24,936 bases of DNA from a virus (Duplodnaviria > Caudoviricetes): positions 1-24,936 of the IMG/VR virus record IMGVR_UViG_3300020727_000549; one strand, given 5' to 3'. Under the pieces are notes generated by a model. It worked only from the letters and a program-made list of their open reading frames with translations. It made no database searches and was not told where the DNA came from. Shown here piece after piece: positions 23,561 to 24,936 of the stretch; the first letter of the stretch is position 1; the number at the start of each line of letters is the position of its first letter. The translations under genes were made by a program, and so were the position numbers.

Positions 23561-24838
23561 ATGAACAATTTAAAATTCAGCATCTTTACCTGCGAACACG
23601 ACCCTAACAATATTCCATTTTTATTAGAACTCTACGAAAGCCTAGTTGCACAAACATATGGCAATTGGGAATGGGTAATTTATACTAACAACAAATGCAG
23701 TCCTGCAGAAATTCCGGATGCAATTTTTAATGATACTCGAGTAAAAGTGCTTGATACTCGAGTAAAAATTATCAATATCGGAATGATCAAACGCATGGCC
23801 TGCGATGCTTGTACAGGTGATGTATTTGTAGAAGTGGATCACGATGACCTGTTAACTCCTGATTGCCTAGAAGAATTAAACCTAGCCTATCAGGACAACG
23901 AAGTAGGATTTGTTTATAGTGATGATGCCATGTTCGATATGGATCCGGAAAAACCGTTCCGTCCTTACAATCAAGAAAACGGATGGTCTTATGAAACATA
24001 TAATTTCAGAGGAAGAGACCTGCTGGCCATGCACTCGTTTGCCCCTACTAGTCAAGCATTGGCCTATATTTGGTTTTCGCCCGATCATGTTAGATCATGG
24101 CGTCGTGAAGCATACTATACCGCCGGCGGTTATAGCGACGATGCTTATGTATGCGAAGACCACGATCTGTGTATCCGTACATACTTAACAACCAAAATGG
24201 TACAAATAAAGAAAGTATTGTATATCTATAGAATTACAGGTGTTAATACTTCTATGAATGAACGCAACCAGCGTATTCAAACTAGGACCGTAGAGTTAAT
24301 GCAGCAGTATGCTAGACAACTAGCCGAGCGTGATTCACAACTACGAGGACTAATGAATGTAGATATTGGCGGTGGATTGAACCCTTATCCCGGATATTAC
24401 ACTGTAGATCTTCGATCAGATGCTGATGTGCTAGCTGATTTAAATGACGGTATTCCCCTGCCCGATAATTCAGTAGGTGTGCTCAATGCCAGCCACATCA
24501 TTGAGCATCTGCATGACAAAACAAAGATCATGAGCGAAATACATCGTGTCTTAGCACACGGCGGATGGGCATTTATCGAAGTTCCTAGCACAGACGGACG
24601 TGGTGCTTTCCAAGATCCTACTCACGTCAGCTACTGGAACGAGAATAGTTTCCTTTATTATACCGATGCTTATCTAGGAAACTTCATTGATAATCACACA
24701 ATTCGTTTCCAAGAATTCCGCAGAGAAACTTTCTTCCCTAACGATTGGATGAAGAATATGGATAGTTGTGTGACTGTGGCGTGGCTGGTTGCTATTAAAG
24801 ACGGCGGGGAACGCTTCCCAGGTGTACTCAAAATTTAA
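23561..24838 (+). CDS. GT2 glycosyltransferase fused to a C-terminal SAM methyltransferase-like domain
   Basis: EVDHDDLL and CEDHDL (GT-A); VDIGGG, ASHIIEHL, EIHRVLAHGG and FQDPTH (MTase); ATG at 23561. Confidence 0.88.
   Translation: MNNLKFSIFTCEHDPNNIPFLLELYESLVAQTYGNWEWVIYTNNKCSPAEIPDAIFNDTRVKVLDTRVKIINIGMIKRMACDACTGDVFVEVDHDDLLTPDCLEELNLAYQDNEVGFVYSDDAMFDMDPEKPFRPYNQENGWSYETYNFRGRDLLAMHSFAPTSQALAYIWFSPDHVRSWRREAYYTAGGYSDDAYVCEDHDLCIRTYLTTKMVQIKKVLYIYRITGVNTSMNERNQRIQTRTVELMQQYARQLAERDSQLRGLMNVDIGGGLNPYPGYYTVDLRSDADVLADLNDGIPLPDNSVGVLNASHIIEHLHDKTKIMSEIHRVLAHGGWAFIEVPSTDGRGAFQDPTHVSYWNENSFLYYTDAYLGNFIDNHTIRFQEFRRETFFPNDWMKNMDSCVTVAWLVAIKDGGERFPGVLKI
23731..23767 (+). repeat. 16-bp direct repeat with a 21-bp period
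   Basis: TGATACTCGAGTAAAA at 23731-23746 and 23752-23767 (DTRVK-VL-DTRVK). Confidence 0.85.
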
Positions 24839-24875
24839 TTTTTACCGATAAATATCTATACAAGACTGAGAAGAA

Positions 24876-24936
24876 ATGTATAATTTTATCAAACTTATTG
24901 CCGAAGGGCGCGATCCTAGCGATCTAGTTCAAATAG
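24876..24936 (+). CDS. 3'-partial ORF, product not assignable
   Basis: MYNFIKLIAEGRDPSDLVQI... runs off the window end; TAAATA at 24849-24854 upstream. Confidence 0.5.
   Translation, partial: MYNFIKLIAEGRDPSDLVQI

Noticed and set aside
1090-24591. Numerous short antisense or alternate-frame ORFs in the track (e.g. 1090-1389, 5648-5968, 6107-6484, 13011-13382, 21914-22312)
   Set aside because: They lie largely or wholly within well-supported genes and have no motifs or expression signals.
1-24936. Stop-codon reassignment, since TAG is rare as a stop
   Set aside because: Recognisable enzymes keep uninterrupted frames under code 11 and the tRNA is not a suppressor.
24876-24936. Partial ORF as a possible superoxide dismutase N-terminus
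   Set aside because: Only 20 codons are visible and they contain no diagnostic motif.

Overview
AT-rich, densely coded segment of a large lytic dsDNA phage (T4-like/jumbo-type organisation; no host can be assigned from this window). Most genes are on the + strand and are served by two promoter classes: near-consensus sigma70 promoters (TTGACA-17/18-TATAAT) and a TAAATA motif resembling the T4 late promoter. The window is an accessory/metabolic region. It encodes a P-loop kinase, a metallophosphoesterase, tRNA-Arg(CCG), several glycosyltransferases and methyltransferases, UDP-glucose dehydrogenase and UDP-glucuronate decarboxylase, FolE and QueD, a MazG-like pyrophosphatase, two 2OG-Fe(II) oxygenases, a class I glutamine amidotransferase, ClpP, a cytidylyltransferase and UvsE. 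Three free-standing GIY-YIG endonuclease genes lie on the - strand. The most notable structure is as follows. (1) Two dissimilar GIY-YIG genes share an ~80-nt covarying structured leader bounded by inverted ATAAATA/TATTTAT motifs. (2) One endonuclease sits in a 1462-bp cassette flanked by a diverged duplication of the queD 3' end. (3) A pseudoknot-like leader precedes queD. (4) Anti-Shine-Dalgarno hairpins recur with their 5' arm in or upstream of the gene's own promoter, including one controlling an unannotated small membrane protein. All calls come from motif recognition by eye; no searches were run.
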